Positions 1-8,962 of a stretch of DNA of 14,529 nt are shown piece after piece. The notes beneath the pieces are model-generated. The model did not search any database, was not told the DNA's origin, and saw only the letters and a list, made by a program, of their open reading frames with translations. Position numbers and translations under genes: made by a program. How positions within the stretch are numbered: position 1 is the first letter of the stretch; the number at the start of each line of letters is the position of its first letter. Source of the stretch: Candidatus Ratteibacteria bacterium (GTDB lineage Bacteria > Ratteibacteria > UBA8468 > B48-G9 > JAFGKM01); contig JBKBIN010000034.1 of NCBI GenBank assembly GCA_046296715.1, positions 1 through 14,529 of the forward strand, written 5' to 3'.

Positions 1-548
1 CCACCGCCTTTTTCAAATCTCCAGGTAATAGGTTTTTCTTTTTCAACACTTCCAGAATGATAATAGGAGATTTTAAAAATTGTTGGTTGTCCAATAAATC
101 CACTTTCAATTAATTCTTTTGTTTTTATTGTTGCAGGAATAAATCTATTATGAAATGTAACTTGATGTATTTTGTTAAAGTTCTTTAATTCCTTTTCAAG
201 TTCCTCTGACTGTTGAATATTTGAAACAACTGGTTTTTCACAATAGATGTGTTTATTTTTCTTTATTGCATATAATAATTGCTCATAATGATAATTATTT
301 GGACTTGAAATGTCTATTATATCTATTTCTGGATTTTCAATAAGTTCTTTATAATCAGTTGTGATAAATTTAATCCCATACAATTCTTTCGCTTTTTCAG
401 ATGTTTCTTTTTTGGATGTGCATACTCCAAAAACTTTTGCTGTGAAAGGACTATCTGGATAATAAAATTTTAAATTTTCATATCCATATGCATGAACTTT
501 GCCAATAAATCCAAAACCAATTATACCAACATTATAATTTTTTTTCAT
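1..548 (-). CDS. Gfo/Idh/MocA family NAD(P)-dependent oxidoreductase (N-terminal part; runs off the window at position 1)
   Basis: Not in the ORF track. Manual translation from ATG at 548 gives MKKNYNVGIIGFGFIGKVHAYGY...IDIIDISSPNNYHYEQ...HIYCEKP...TFHNRF...WRFEKGG. It shows the Rossmann GxGxxG and the family motifs EKP and WR...GG. Confidence 0.93.
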   Translation of the reverse strand, partial: MKKNYNVGIIGFGFIGKVHAYGYENLKFYYPDSPFTAKVFGVCTSKKETSEKAKELYGIKFITTDYKELIENPEIDIIDISSPNNYHYEQLLYAIKKNKHIYCEKPVVSNIQQSEELEKELKNFNKIHQVTFHNRFIPATIKTKELIESGFIGQPTIFKISYYHSGSVEKEKPITWRFEKGG

Positions 549-555
549 TGATTTT

Positions 556-564
556 ATTATATCA
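556..564 (-). promoter_or_regulatory. Extended -10 promoter (TGaTATAAT) for the oxidoreductase, probably leaderless
   Basis: Minus strand reads TGATATAAT-aaaatca-ATG, with 7 nt between the -10 and the start and no SD. Confidence 0.6.
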
Positions 565-569
565 TATCT

Positions 570-938
570 CTAAAACTGTTTTAGCAAAAATAGACTTCTT
601 ATAAATTGTGAAGGAAGAATAGGAAAAGTAAGGTAAGCATCAATTGAATATTCAGTTATAAAATCTTCTATTGCCTTATCAATTTTTGTTAGAAGTATTA
701 AAATTTTACAATCTTTAAATTTGCTTTTAATATCTTTAATTAATCTTTTCACTTCTAAAAGAGGTTCTACAATTTCTATAACAAGGATTTCAATAGAAGT
801 AAAATTATCCAATAAATTTTTTAATATCTCTCTTTCTTTCCACAAAAAACCTTCACATTCATATCCATATCCACAAGCATAATTTAAAAATTTTTCAAGC
901 AGATTTTTCTCTTCCACAACAATTAAAATTTTTCCCAT
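570..938 (-). CDS. Degenerate CheY-like receiver-domain protein (pseudo-receiver)
   Basis: 122 aa with a receiver-like pattern: KILIVVEE (b1), ILVIEI (b3, Glu at the phospho-Asp position), KILILLT (b4), DAYLTFP (b5, the usual KP is FP). Confidence 0.7.
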   Translation of the reverse strand: MGKILIVVEEKNLLEKFLNYACGYGYECEGFLWKEREILKNLLDNFTSIEILVIEIVEPLLEVKRLIKDIKSKFKDCKILILLTKIDKAIEDFITEYSIDAYLTFPILPSQFIRSLFLLKQF

Positions 939-944
939 AAAATT

Positions 945-974
945 ATTTTAGCATAAATACTTACTAATAGTCAA
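945..974 (-). promoter_or_regulatory. sigma70-type promoter for the receiver-like gene
   Basis: TTGACT (974-969), 18-nt spacer ending in TGc, TAAAAT (950-945), then 6 nt to ATG 938. No SD. Confidence 0.6.
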
Positions 975-1022
975 TAATAAAAATAATAACTTTTGGTTTG
1001 TTCAAAATAAAAATATATAAAG

Positions 1023-1028
1023 TATAAT
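1023..1028 (+). promoter_or_regulatory. -10 element of the XRE gene, probably leaderless
   Basis: TATAAT followed by 6 nt and ATG at 1035. No SD and only a weak -35. Confidence 0.55.
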
Positions 1029-1034
1029 GAATTT

Positions 1035-1376
1035 ATGAAAAATTATAACTTTCCAAAAGATTTAGGTAAAAAAATAAGAGAAATCAGAAAAGCAAAGAAA
1101 TATACTCAATCTGAACTTGCATGGGCAATTGGAGTAAGTCCAAATTTTATAGGCCTTATAGAAAGAGGTAAAAAAATACCAAGTTTAAAAACATTACTTA
1201 AAATAAGCAAAACTTTTCAAATCCCAATTTCTTATTTTTTTGAAGAATTTAAATATCAAATCCCCGAAGAAGATTTATTAATAAAAAAGATAAGTTCACT
1301 TTTAAAAGAAACATCTGAAGAAGACAAAAAGGTTATCTATAAACTTGTCAAATCTATTATAAAAAAGAAAAAATAA
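1035..1376 (+). CDS. XRE/Cro-CI family HTH transcriptional regulator
   Basis: LGKKIREIRKAKKYTQSELA...IGLIERGKKIPSLKTLLKIS...ISYFF is a classic HTH_3 pattern, followed by a short helical C-terminal extension. Confidence 0.93.
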   Translation: MKNYNFPKDLGKKIREIRKAKKYTQSELAWAIGVSPNFIGLIERGKKIPSLKTLLKISKTFQIPISYFFEEFKYQIPEEDLLIKKISSLLKETSEEDKKVIYKLVKSIIKKKK

Positions 1377-1378
1377 TT

Positions 1379-2170
1379 TTATTTTTCTTTAACAACAAAA
1401 TTCTTCAATCTCCCAATCTTCTCTATTTCAATTTCAATTATATCCCCTTCTCTTAAAAAAACAGGAGGCTTTCTTGCAAAACCAACTCCAGAAGGTGTGC
1501 CTGTTAATATAATTGTTTCTGAAAGAAGTGTCATTTGTTTTGATAGATAACTTACAATTTGATAAGGGTTAAATATCATTTTAGATGTATTTGAATTCTG
1601 CATAATTTTCCCATTTAAAATAGTTCTTATTGTTAAATTCATTGGATCAATTTCTGTTTCTATATATGGGCCAATTGGGCAGAAAGTGTCAAAGGATTTA
1701 CCTCTTGCCCATTGTTTATCTTTTTTTAATTGACAGTCCCTTGCACTTACATCATTACCACAGGTATAGCCAAATATATAATTCTTCGCTTCTCTCTCTT
1801 CAATATTTTTACATTTTTTCCCAATTACAATTACAAGTTCACATTCATAATCAACCTCATCTGGTGCCTCTTTCGGTAAAATAATTGGAGATAGATGTCC
1901 TGTTAAAGAAGTGGTTGCTTTCAAAAAAATTACTGGATATTCAGGAACTTCTTGCCAGCCCTCTTCTGCATGTTCTTTATAGTTCAAACCAAGAGCAATA
2001 ATATTTGGTGGTTGACAAGGTGGTAAAAACTTTATTTGCTTCAAATTAAATTTTTCACCTGTAAATTCAAAATTATTATTAAAAATTTCGCCTCTTATAG
2101 CATAAACTTCATCATCCTTCAAAATCCCTGAATATTCTTTATTTTGAACAGTAAATCTTAAAAATTTCAT
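1379..2170 (-). CDS. Fumarylacetoacetate hydrolase (FAH) family protein
   Basis: Motifs GLNYKEH, PVIFLK, DYECEL, GYTCGNDVSARD, GKSFDTFCPIGP and ILTGTPSGVG. Confidence 0.95.
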   Translation of the reverse strand: MKFLRFTVQNKEYSGILKDDEVYAIRGEIFNNNFEFTGEKFNLKQIKFLPPCQPPNIIALGLNYKEHAEEGWQEVPEYPVIFLKATTSLTGHLSPIILPKEAPDEVDYECELVIVIGKKCKNIEEREAKNYIFGYTCGNDVSARDCQLKKDKQWARGKSFDTFCPIGPYIETEIDPMNLTIRTILNGKIMQNSNTSKMIFNPYQIVSYLSKQMTLLSETIILTGTPSGVGFARKPPVFLREGDIIEIEIEKIGRLKNFVVKEK

Positions 2171-2481
2171 ATTTTTTTGTCTGATAAATATTCTTTATAT
2201 TCCTTTGAGATTTGGCTTATTTCAAAAGATATTATTTCTGGGACTCTATAAGGATGTATTTCCTTTATCTTTTTCTCAATCTTTTTATAATTCTGCTTTT
2301 TTGCTTTTATAAAAATTAGATATTCACTTCCCTTTTCAATTTTGCCTTGCCACCAGTATTGACTTTCAACTGGGCCCAAGATTTGACAGCACAAAGTTAA
2401 TTTTTCTTCAAGAAGATTTTTAATAATTCTTTCTCCAGTTTCTTTATCAGGGACAGTTGTGAAAATCTGAACAAACTTCAT
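2167..2481 (-). CDS. cutA: Divalent-cation tolerance protein CutA
   Basis: 104 aa with [15 protein letters not shown] and [13 protein letters not shown] overlaps with both neighbours. Confidence 0.93.
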   Translation of the reverse strand: MKFVQIFTTVPDKETGERIIKNLLEEKLTLCCQILGPVESQYWWQGKIEKGSEYLIFIKAKKQNYKKIEKKIKEIHPYRVPEIISFEISQISKEYKEYLSDKKI

Positions 2482-3602
2482 AATCTTTCCTTAAATTTCT
2501 TTATTTCTGGATAATTTTCTTCTGTTTCTAATTCTTTTATTTGTTGATATAAATTTTGTATTTGTCTTGAAATCCTTTTTGGCATCAAAATCTTTATCTT
2601 TACTATTAAATCTCCTTTACCATATCCATTTAACTTTGGAAGTCCCATATTTTTCAACCTTAATAAATCACCATTTTGAGTTCCTGCGGGTATTTTAACT
2701 TTTGCTTTTCCTGTCAGCGTTGGAATTTCTATTTCATCTCCTAAAATTGCTTGACTAACTGTAATTGGAACTTCTATATAAACATTCTCTCCATCTCTTT
2801 CAAAAATTGGATCTTTTTCAATAAAAACAGTTACATAAAGATCCCCTCTTTCACCTCTGTTTATACCAATATCTCCTTCCTTTTTTAACCTCAAACTCAT
2901 TCCGGATTGAATACCTGGTGGAATTTTAACAAGTATTTTATGCATATTCCTCACTCTTCCTGTACCTCTACAATTTGAACAAGGATCTGATAAAATCTCT
3001 CCTTCTCCTTTACATTTTGGGCATGTCTGAGAAATTGTTATAAATCCTGAAGTTCTAATAACTTGACCTACTCCATGACAAGTTGGACATGTAATTTTTC
3101 CTGTTTTCCCTCTACTACCTGTTCCATTGCAGATAGGACATTCATCAAATCTTGAAATATTTATATATCTTTCTGTTCCTGTTGCTGCTTCTTTTAATGT
3201 AATATAAATTCTATATTCAAGATCAGAACCTCTAACTTTTGCCTTTTGTCTTGTCTTTGTTGAAAAATCTGAACCAAAAATATCACTAAAAAAATCACTA
3301 AATAAATCACCAAAAATATCCGAAAAATCCATTCTTACCCTTGAAAAATCCTGAGTCCAGTCAAATCCAGTTGGACCAAATCCAGCATGACCATAAGTAT
3401 CATAAATTTTTCTCTTTTCAGGATCGGAGAGGACTTCATATGCTTCAGTAATTTCTTTAAATTTCTCTTCTGCTTCTTTATTTCCAGGATTTCTATCAGG
3501 ATGGTATTTTAAAGCTAAATCTCTATATGCTTTTTTTATTTCATCTATTGAAGCATCCCTTGAAACACCTAAAACTTCATAATAATCTTTTTTTTCTGCC
3601 AT
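2478..3602 (-). CDS. dnaJ: Chaperone protein DnaJ (class A)
   Basis: J domain ([11 protein letters not shown]), G/F region with DIF repeats, four CxxCxGxG zinc-finger repeats and C-terminal domains. Confidence 0.98.
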   Translation of the reverse strand: MAEKKDYYEVLGVSRDASIDEIKKAYRDLALKYHPDRNPGNKEAEEKFKEITEAYEVLSDPEKRKIYDTYGHAGFGPTGFDWTQDFSRVRMDFSDIFGDLFSDFFSDIFGSDFSTKTRQKAKVRGSDLEYRIYITLKEAATGTERYINISRFDECPICNGTGSRGKTGKITCPTCHGVGQVIRTSGFITISQTCPKCKGEGEILSDPCSNCRGTGRVRNMHKILVKIPPGIQSGMSLRLKKEGDIGINRGERGDLYVTVFIEKDPIFERDGENVYIEVPITVSQAILGDEIEIPTLTGKAKVKIPAGTQNGDLLRLKNMGLPKLNGYGKGDLIVKIKILMPKRISRQIQNLYQQIKELETEENYPEIKKFKERL

Positions 3603-3611
3603 TATAATATT

Positions 3612-3640
3612 ATTTTAGTGTTATAAAATAAAAAAAGCAA
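3612..3640 (-). promoter_or_regulatory. Putative dnaJ operon promoter overlapping the 16S terminator
   Basis: TTGCTT (3640-3635)-N17-TAAAAT (3617-3612), then 9 nt to ATG 3602. No SD. Confidence 0.5.
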
Positions 3641-3658
3641 GGGAAACCCTTGCTTTTT
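3630..3658 (-). terminator. Intrinsic (bidirectional-looking) terminator of the 16S transcript
   Basis: On the minus strand: GCAAGGG-TTT-CCCTTGC followed by T7. The plus strand also has a T5 tract after the stem. Confidence 0.9.
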
Positions 3659-3659
3659 A

Positions 3660-3680
3660 AAAATCAGGGGTATCCGGAAA
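3660..3680 (-). other. 3' arm of the pre-16S processing stem
   Basis: RNA UUUCCGGAUACCCCUGAUUUU is complementary to the leader segment AAAAUUAGGGGUAUCCGGAAA (5292-5272): 21 bp with one G.U. Confidence 0.88.
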
Positions 3681-3698
3681 TATCTTTCAACTCCTTAA

Positions 3699-5270
<1,572 letters not shown>

Positions 5271-5271
5271 T

Positions 5272-5292
5272 TTTCCGGATACCCCTAATTTT
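5272..5292 (-). other. 5' arm of the pre-16S processing stem
   Basis: Inverted repeat of 3660-3680, with a perfect 15-bp core AGGGGTATCCGGAAA. Confidence 0.88.
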
Positions 5293-5301
5293 CAAAGAAC
5301 A
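5290..5301 (-). promoter_or_regulatory. rrn antitermination boxA
   Basis: TGTTCTTTGAAA on the minus strand, between the promoter and the processing stem, matches the boxA consensus. Confidence 0.8.
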
Positions 5302-5318
5302 ATTTTTAAACCATATAT

Positions 5319-5347
5319 ATTATACCTATCCCTCTCTAACCTGTCAA
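5319..5347 (-). promoter_or_regulatory. Consensus sigma70 promoter of the 16S gene
   Basis: TTGACA (5347-5342)-N17-TATAAT (5324-5319). Confidence 0.9.
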
Positions 5348-5353
5348 GGGATA

Positions 5354-5545
5354 TTACTCAGCAGGTGGTGTTTCTGGGGCTGTCCCTCCTTCTGGTGGTG
5401 GTGGAACTTCAGGTGCTCCTGTTTCAGGTGTAGGTGCAACTGGAGCTCTCTTTGGCATTGCCTGCTTAATTATGAAAAACAAAGCCACCAGAATTATTAT
5501 TATCAGAATAACCACAGCTGCTGGATTTTGTTTTTTTTCCGCCAT
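5354..5545 (-). CDS. Small single-pass membrane protein with Pro/Glu/Ala-rich tail, function unknown
   Basis: 63 aa: charged N-terminus, hydrophobic AAVVILIIIILVALFFII, then a low-complexity tail. SD AGAAAGGAGGTGA lies 6 nt upstream, and the gene has its own promoter. Confidence 0.85.
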   Translation of the reverse strand: MAEKKQNPAAVVILIIIILVALFFIIKQAMPKRAPVAPTPETGAPEVPPPPEGGTAPETPPAE

Positions 5546-5577
5546 TTCTTTTCACCTCCTTTCTAAAATATTATAAA

Positions 5578-5605
5578 ATTATACCCCTTTTTTTGAAATT
5601 GTCAA
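5578..5605 (-). promoter_or_regulatory. Consensus sigma70 promoter upstream of the small-protein gene
   Basis: TTGACA (5605-5600)-N16-TATAAT (5583-5578). Confidence 0.75.
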
Positions 5606-5606
5606 G

Positions 5607-6182
5607 TTAAAATTTATTAAAATGCAAAATATCTTTTAATCTTCTTTTCGGTACATGCATAATACCTTTTTCATCTTTCCAATATTTTATAGAACCAGAA
5701 AATTCCTCAACAAAACTTTCCTCATCAGGATATCCTAAAGCAATGATTGTGTCAATTTCATAATTTTCTGGAATCTTTAAAATTTCTCTTAATTTCTCTC
5801 TATTTATAGAACCAATCCAACAACTTCCAATCCCTTCATATGTTGCTGAAAGTAAAATATTTTCAACACTTGCGCCAGCATCATGTTTTGGTGTTGGTGA
5901 CTTAATATCTTTATTTATCAATACAACAATATATGCAACTGGCCTTTTTCCCTCTGGTGGTGGTCCATCTTTTCCAAGATATCCTGCCCAACCAGTCAAA
6001 GGGAAAATTTGCTCAAGTAAATTTTTATCATTTACAATTATATATTCAAGTGGTTGCATATTTGCTCCACTTGGTGCAAGTCTTGCCATATCAACAAATT
6101 TTTCAAGTAATTCTAATGGTATCTCTTTCTGCTTAAATCTTCTTATTGTTCTTCTTTTTCTGATTATTTCGTAAATATCCAT
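5607..6182 (-). CDS. Nitroreductase family protein (FMN-binding)
   Basis: IIRKRRTIRRF, ARLAPSGANMQP, ENILLSATYEGIGSCWIG and IIALGYP. Confidence 0.95.
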   Translation of the reverse strand: MDIYEIIRKRRTIRRFKQKEIPLELLEKFVDMARLAPSGANMQPLEYIIVNDKNLLEQIFPLTGWAGYLGKDGPPPEGKRPVAYIVVLINKDIKSPTPKHDAGASVENILLSATYEGIGSCWIGSINREKLREILKIPENYEIDTIIALGYPDEESFVEEFSGSIKYWKDEKGIMHVPKRRLKDILHFNKF

Positions 6183-6190
6183 TTTGAATT

Positions 6191-6233
6191 ATTATATTAC
6201 AAAAATTTTAAAAGGCAAATTTTAAAAAGTCAA
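6191..6233 (-). promoter_or_regulatory. Two candidate tandem promoters for the nitroreductase
   Basis: TTGACT (6233-6228)-N17-TAAAAT (6210-6205), and TTGCCT (6218-6213)-N16-TATAAT (6196-6191), the latter 8 nt before the ATG. The AT-rich context lowers specificity. Confidence 0.45.
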
Positions 6234-6235
6234 AT

Positions 6236-6311
6236 TCGGGGCGTCCGGATTTGAACCGGAGACCCCCAGAACCCCATTCTGGTGCCCTAAACCGGACTGG
6301 GCCACGCCCCG
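6236..6311 (-). tRNA. tRNA-Pro(GGG), CCA not encoded
   Basis: CGGGGCG/CGCCCCG acceptor stem plus A73, anticodon arm CCAGA-ATGGGGT-TCTGG, T arm TCCGG-TTCAAAT-CCGGA. Confidence 0.97.
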
Positions 6312-7109
6312 TTAAAAACATTTTTCTCTTATATTCTTTATATATTTCATACAAAATTCATCTTTACCTGTCAACATCTCACTTACACATATTGCTTCTC
6401 TTATGTCTGATATTGTTGGATCAACTATGGCAGAATCAAGTCCTTCATATATACATAAAGCAAGAAAATACTTATTAACGATTTTTCTATGGGGCAATCC
6501 ATAAGAAACATTAGAAAGTCCACAGGTTGTTTTAACATTAAGTTTTTTTATTTCTTTTAATGCCTTCAAAAAAATAATTCCATTTTCATAGTTGACACTT
6601 ACTGGTTCAACAAGACAATCAACAAAAATATTTTCCTTTTTAACACCTACTTTTGTTAATATTTCAATCAATCTTTCGCCTATTTCAACTCTTTTTTTAT
6701 AATCAGAAGGAATACCTCTTTCATCCATTGTTAAACAAATAATTTTAACTTGGTGATATTTTTTTATAATTGGTAAAAATTTTTCTATCTTTTCTTTCTC
6801 TCCATTTATTGAATTTATCATTACATCTTGATTTTTAATCAAAGATAAAGCGAAATCAATAACTTCAGGATCTGAACTATCAATTGATGGAGAAAAATTG
6901 CCAACTTCATACAAACATTCAATTAGCCACTTCATATCTTCTTTCTCTCTTTCTCTACCTTTCCCAATTCCTGCGTTTAAATCAATATAATCAGAGCCAA
7001 AATCAACTTGTTTTTTTATTTCCCTTTTTATAAAATCCTTATCTTTTTTTTCAATCGCTTCTCTTATATTTTTTCTTGTCCCATTAATCCTTTCTCCAAT
7101 TATAATCAT
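6312..7109 (-). CDS. Methyltetrahydrofolate:corrinoid methyltransferase (AcsE / MetH pterin-binding domain-like)
   Basis: IIIGERING, YIDLNAG, SIDSSD, MINSING, TMDERGIP and TTCGLSNVSYGLP...GLDSAIVDP. Confidence 0.9.
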   Translation of the reverse strand: MIIIGERINGTRKNIREAIEKKDKDFIKREIKKQVDFGSDYIDLNAGIGKGREREKEDMKWLIECLYEVGNFSPSIDSSDPEVIDFALSLIKNQDVMINSINGEKEKIEKFLPIIKKYHQVKIICLTMDERGIPSDYKKRVEIGERLIEILTKVGVKKENIFVDCLVEPVSVNYENGIIFLKALKEIKKLNVKTTCGLSNVSYGLPHRKIVNKYFLALCIYEGLDSAIVDPTISDIREAICVSEMLTGKDEFCMKYIKNIREKCF

Positions 7110-7122
7110 TTTTTCTCCTTTT

Positions 7123-8559
7123 TTATTTTATCTCTAAAATAAAAGGACCAGAAATAAATGGAATTTCAATTTGTTTATTGTTAACTTTTATTTTTGTAAT
7201 TTCCTTTTTACCAAAATCGCTTCTTATTATTAAAAGTTTATTTTTCAATTTTAGCCCCGAAACAACATTACTTGGCTCTTCTGGTACATTCCACAAAATT
7301 GGTTCTCCTTTTAGAATAAAATCATTATATTTAAAAGTTTCAGTATAGAATTCATGTAAAACTTTAATTTCTTCTGTAATTTCATTTAAAGGAGACCACA
7401 GACAAAATGTATCAAATCCTCTAAATAATAGATGCCATAAAAGTTCTTTATACTTTTCTCTGCTTAAAGGAACAAAATCAACTGGTAATTGTTTTGGTTT
7501 TTCAACTGTCTGCCAGTGAACAAAACTTATTATAGGAATGTTTTTAGGAGTATTTTTTCCAACAGATGTTGCTTCTTTTAAAAGAGGATAAAACCATCTG
7601 TATTCCTTTTCTTCAAAATTAAAATCATTAAAAAACCTGTACCATGTATAAATTACAGGCATCGCAATTGTATATCCGCTATATTTAAATTCATCAAACC
7701 ATTTTCTAAAAAGTGCATTGTCTTTCCTTTGATAAGTTGCTCCTTCAACTTCTTTTTCAAAATAATCCCACCAGTATCTATATCCATCTGTTGGATTTAC
7801 AGCATAATTACCTATTAAACAATCTGGAAAATATTTTTTAATTGTATTAACAAAAACTTCTCTTTGTAAATCTGCTCTTTTTTTCCTTATAACCTTCTGG
7901 AATTCATCAAAATTTTCAATATTTTTTATATTTTTTCTACAGATAACACATTTTTTTGAACTTTCCCATGCCGAATTCCATTCAATAGGTCCATCTATTT
8001 CCCAGTCAATAGCCCAATATCTTATTTCTATCCCTTCATTCTTATATGCTTTTAAAAACTTTTCTAATCTCTCTTTTATAACATCACATCTTTTTTCAAT
8101 TCTAAAAGGACATCCCATCTTCACATTAGAAGAAAATGACATATCAAAAAAAACTTCTCCTTTTTGATCAATATGTCCTGTTTCTTGACTTCCATCAAAA
8201 AATCTATGAACTATTGATGTAGCATCTATTGCAACTGGGAAATTTAAATCTTTTTTAATCCTATCCATTTTTATTGCTTCTTTTATTCCAATCTCAATTC
8301 CTTCTTTTGGAATAGACCATTTCGTAAAAACAACAATATTTCTTTCAATAAGTTGATTTAAATATTCCCTTACCTTTTCTTCTGTTAAATTTAAAGGAAT
8401 AGAAACCCAGACAAAAAGAGGTAATCTTCTACTTTCTTTAATTTCAATTGGTTGAGTATTTTCTATTATTATATCAATCACATTTTTAGCACAATCCAGA
8501 TTTTTTAAAAACATTAAAAAAAATGGTAAAATCAAAAAACTTTTCCATTCTTTAATCAT
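7123..8559 (-). CDS. Exported hypothetical protein, possibly a glycoside-hydrolase-like TIM barrel
   Basis: 478-aa ORF with a signal-peptide-like N-terminus, AIDWEIDGP followed by CVICR, and many aromatic residues. AAGGA SD present. The fold is inferred. Confidence 0.65.
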   Translation of the reverse strand: MIKEWKSFLILPFFLMFLKNLDCAKNVIDIIIENTQPIEIKESRRLPLFVWVSIPLNLTEEKVREYLNQLIERNIVVFTKWSIPKEGIEIGIKEAIKMDRIKKDLNFPVAIDATSIVHRFFDGSQETGHIDQKGEVFFDMSFSSNVKMGCPFRIEKRCDVIKERLEKFLKAYKNEGIEIRYWAIDWEIDGPIEWNSAWESSKKCVICRKNIKNIENFDEFQKVIRKKRADLQREVFVNTIKKYFPDCLIGNYAVNPTDGYRYWWDYFEKEVEGATYQRKDNALFRKWFDEFKYSGYTIAMPVIYTWYRFFNDFNFEEKEYRWFYPLLKEATSVGKNTPKNIPIISFVHWQTVEKPKQLPVDFVPLSREKYKELLWHLLFRGFDTFCLWSPLNEITEEIKVLHEFYTETFKYNDFILKGEPILWNVPEEPSNVVSGLKLKNKLLIIRSDFGKKEITKIKVNNKQIEIPFISGPFILEIK

Positions 8560-8587
8560 TTTTTATCCTTTTGTTTTAGTAAGTTTT

Positions 8588-8616
8588 ATTGTAATATAAA
8601 TATATGAAAATATCAA
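8588..8616 (-). promoter_or_regulatory. Promoter for the 478-aa gene / AcsE-like / tRNA-Pro unit
   Basis: TTGATA (8616-8611)-N17-TACAAT (8593-8588). It overlaps the start of the divergent zincin gene. Confidence 0.55.
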
Positions 8617-8942
8617 AAGAAAAGTTTGAGGAAATAGTTTATAAGAAATTTATCTCAATACCAGAAGAGATAAGAAAAAAAATAGAAAATCTTGAAATTA
8701 TAATTGAGGATAATCCTCCTACAAACTTTCTTGGATTATATCATGGAGTCCCTTTCCCAAAAAGAAAAACATCCTCTTATTCTCTTATTCTTCCTGACAG
8801 AATAGTTCTTTTCAAAAAAACAATTGAAAAATTTTGCAAAACAGAAGAAGAACTTGAAAAACTGATAGAAAAAGTACTTCTTCATGAAATCGGTCATTAT
8901 CTTGGCCTTGATGAGAACTCACTAAAAAAATTAAACCTTTGA
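8604..8942 (+). CDS. Minimal zincin-like metallopeptidase (Zincin_1/DUF1025 type)
   Basis: LGLYHGVP, PDRIVLF and VLLHEIGHYLGL (HExxH), 112 aa. Confidence 0.9.
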   Translation: MKISKEKFEEIVYKKFISIPEEIRKKIENLEIIIEDNPPTNFLGLYHGVPFPKRKTSSYSLILPDRIVLFKKTIEKFCKTEEELEKLIEKVLLHEIGHYLGLDENSLKKLNL

Positions 8943-8962
8943 TTTACAAATTCTTCTAAATT

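Noticed and set aside
1035..1376. XRE gene as a prophage repressor, antitoxin or restriction-modification controller
   Set aside because: No phage, toxin, methylase or nuclease genes are adjacent.
5531..5545. Small protein and DnaJ both begin MAEKK
   Set aside because: Five common N-terminal residues with different codons and no further similarity; likely coincidence.
6203..6227. AAATTTTAAAA direct repeat upstream of the nitroreductase as an operator
   Set aside because: Pure A/T low-complexity sequence, expected by chance at this base composition.
6236..6311. tRNA-Pro as an integration site
   Set aside because: No integrase, no duplicated tRNA 3' end and no compositional shift in the window.
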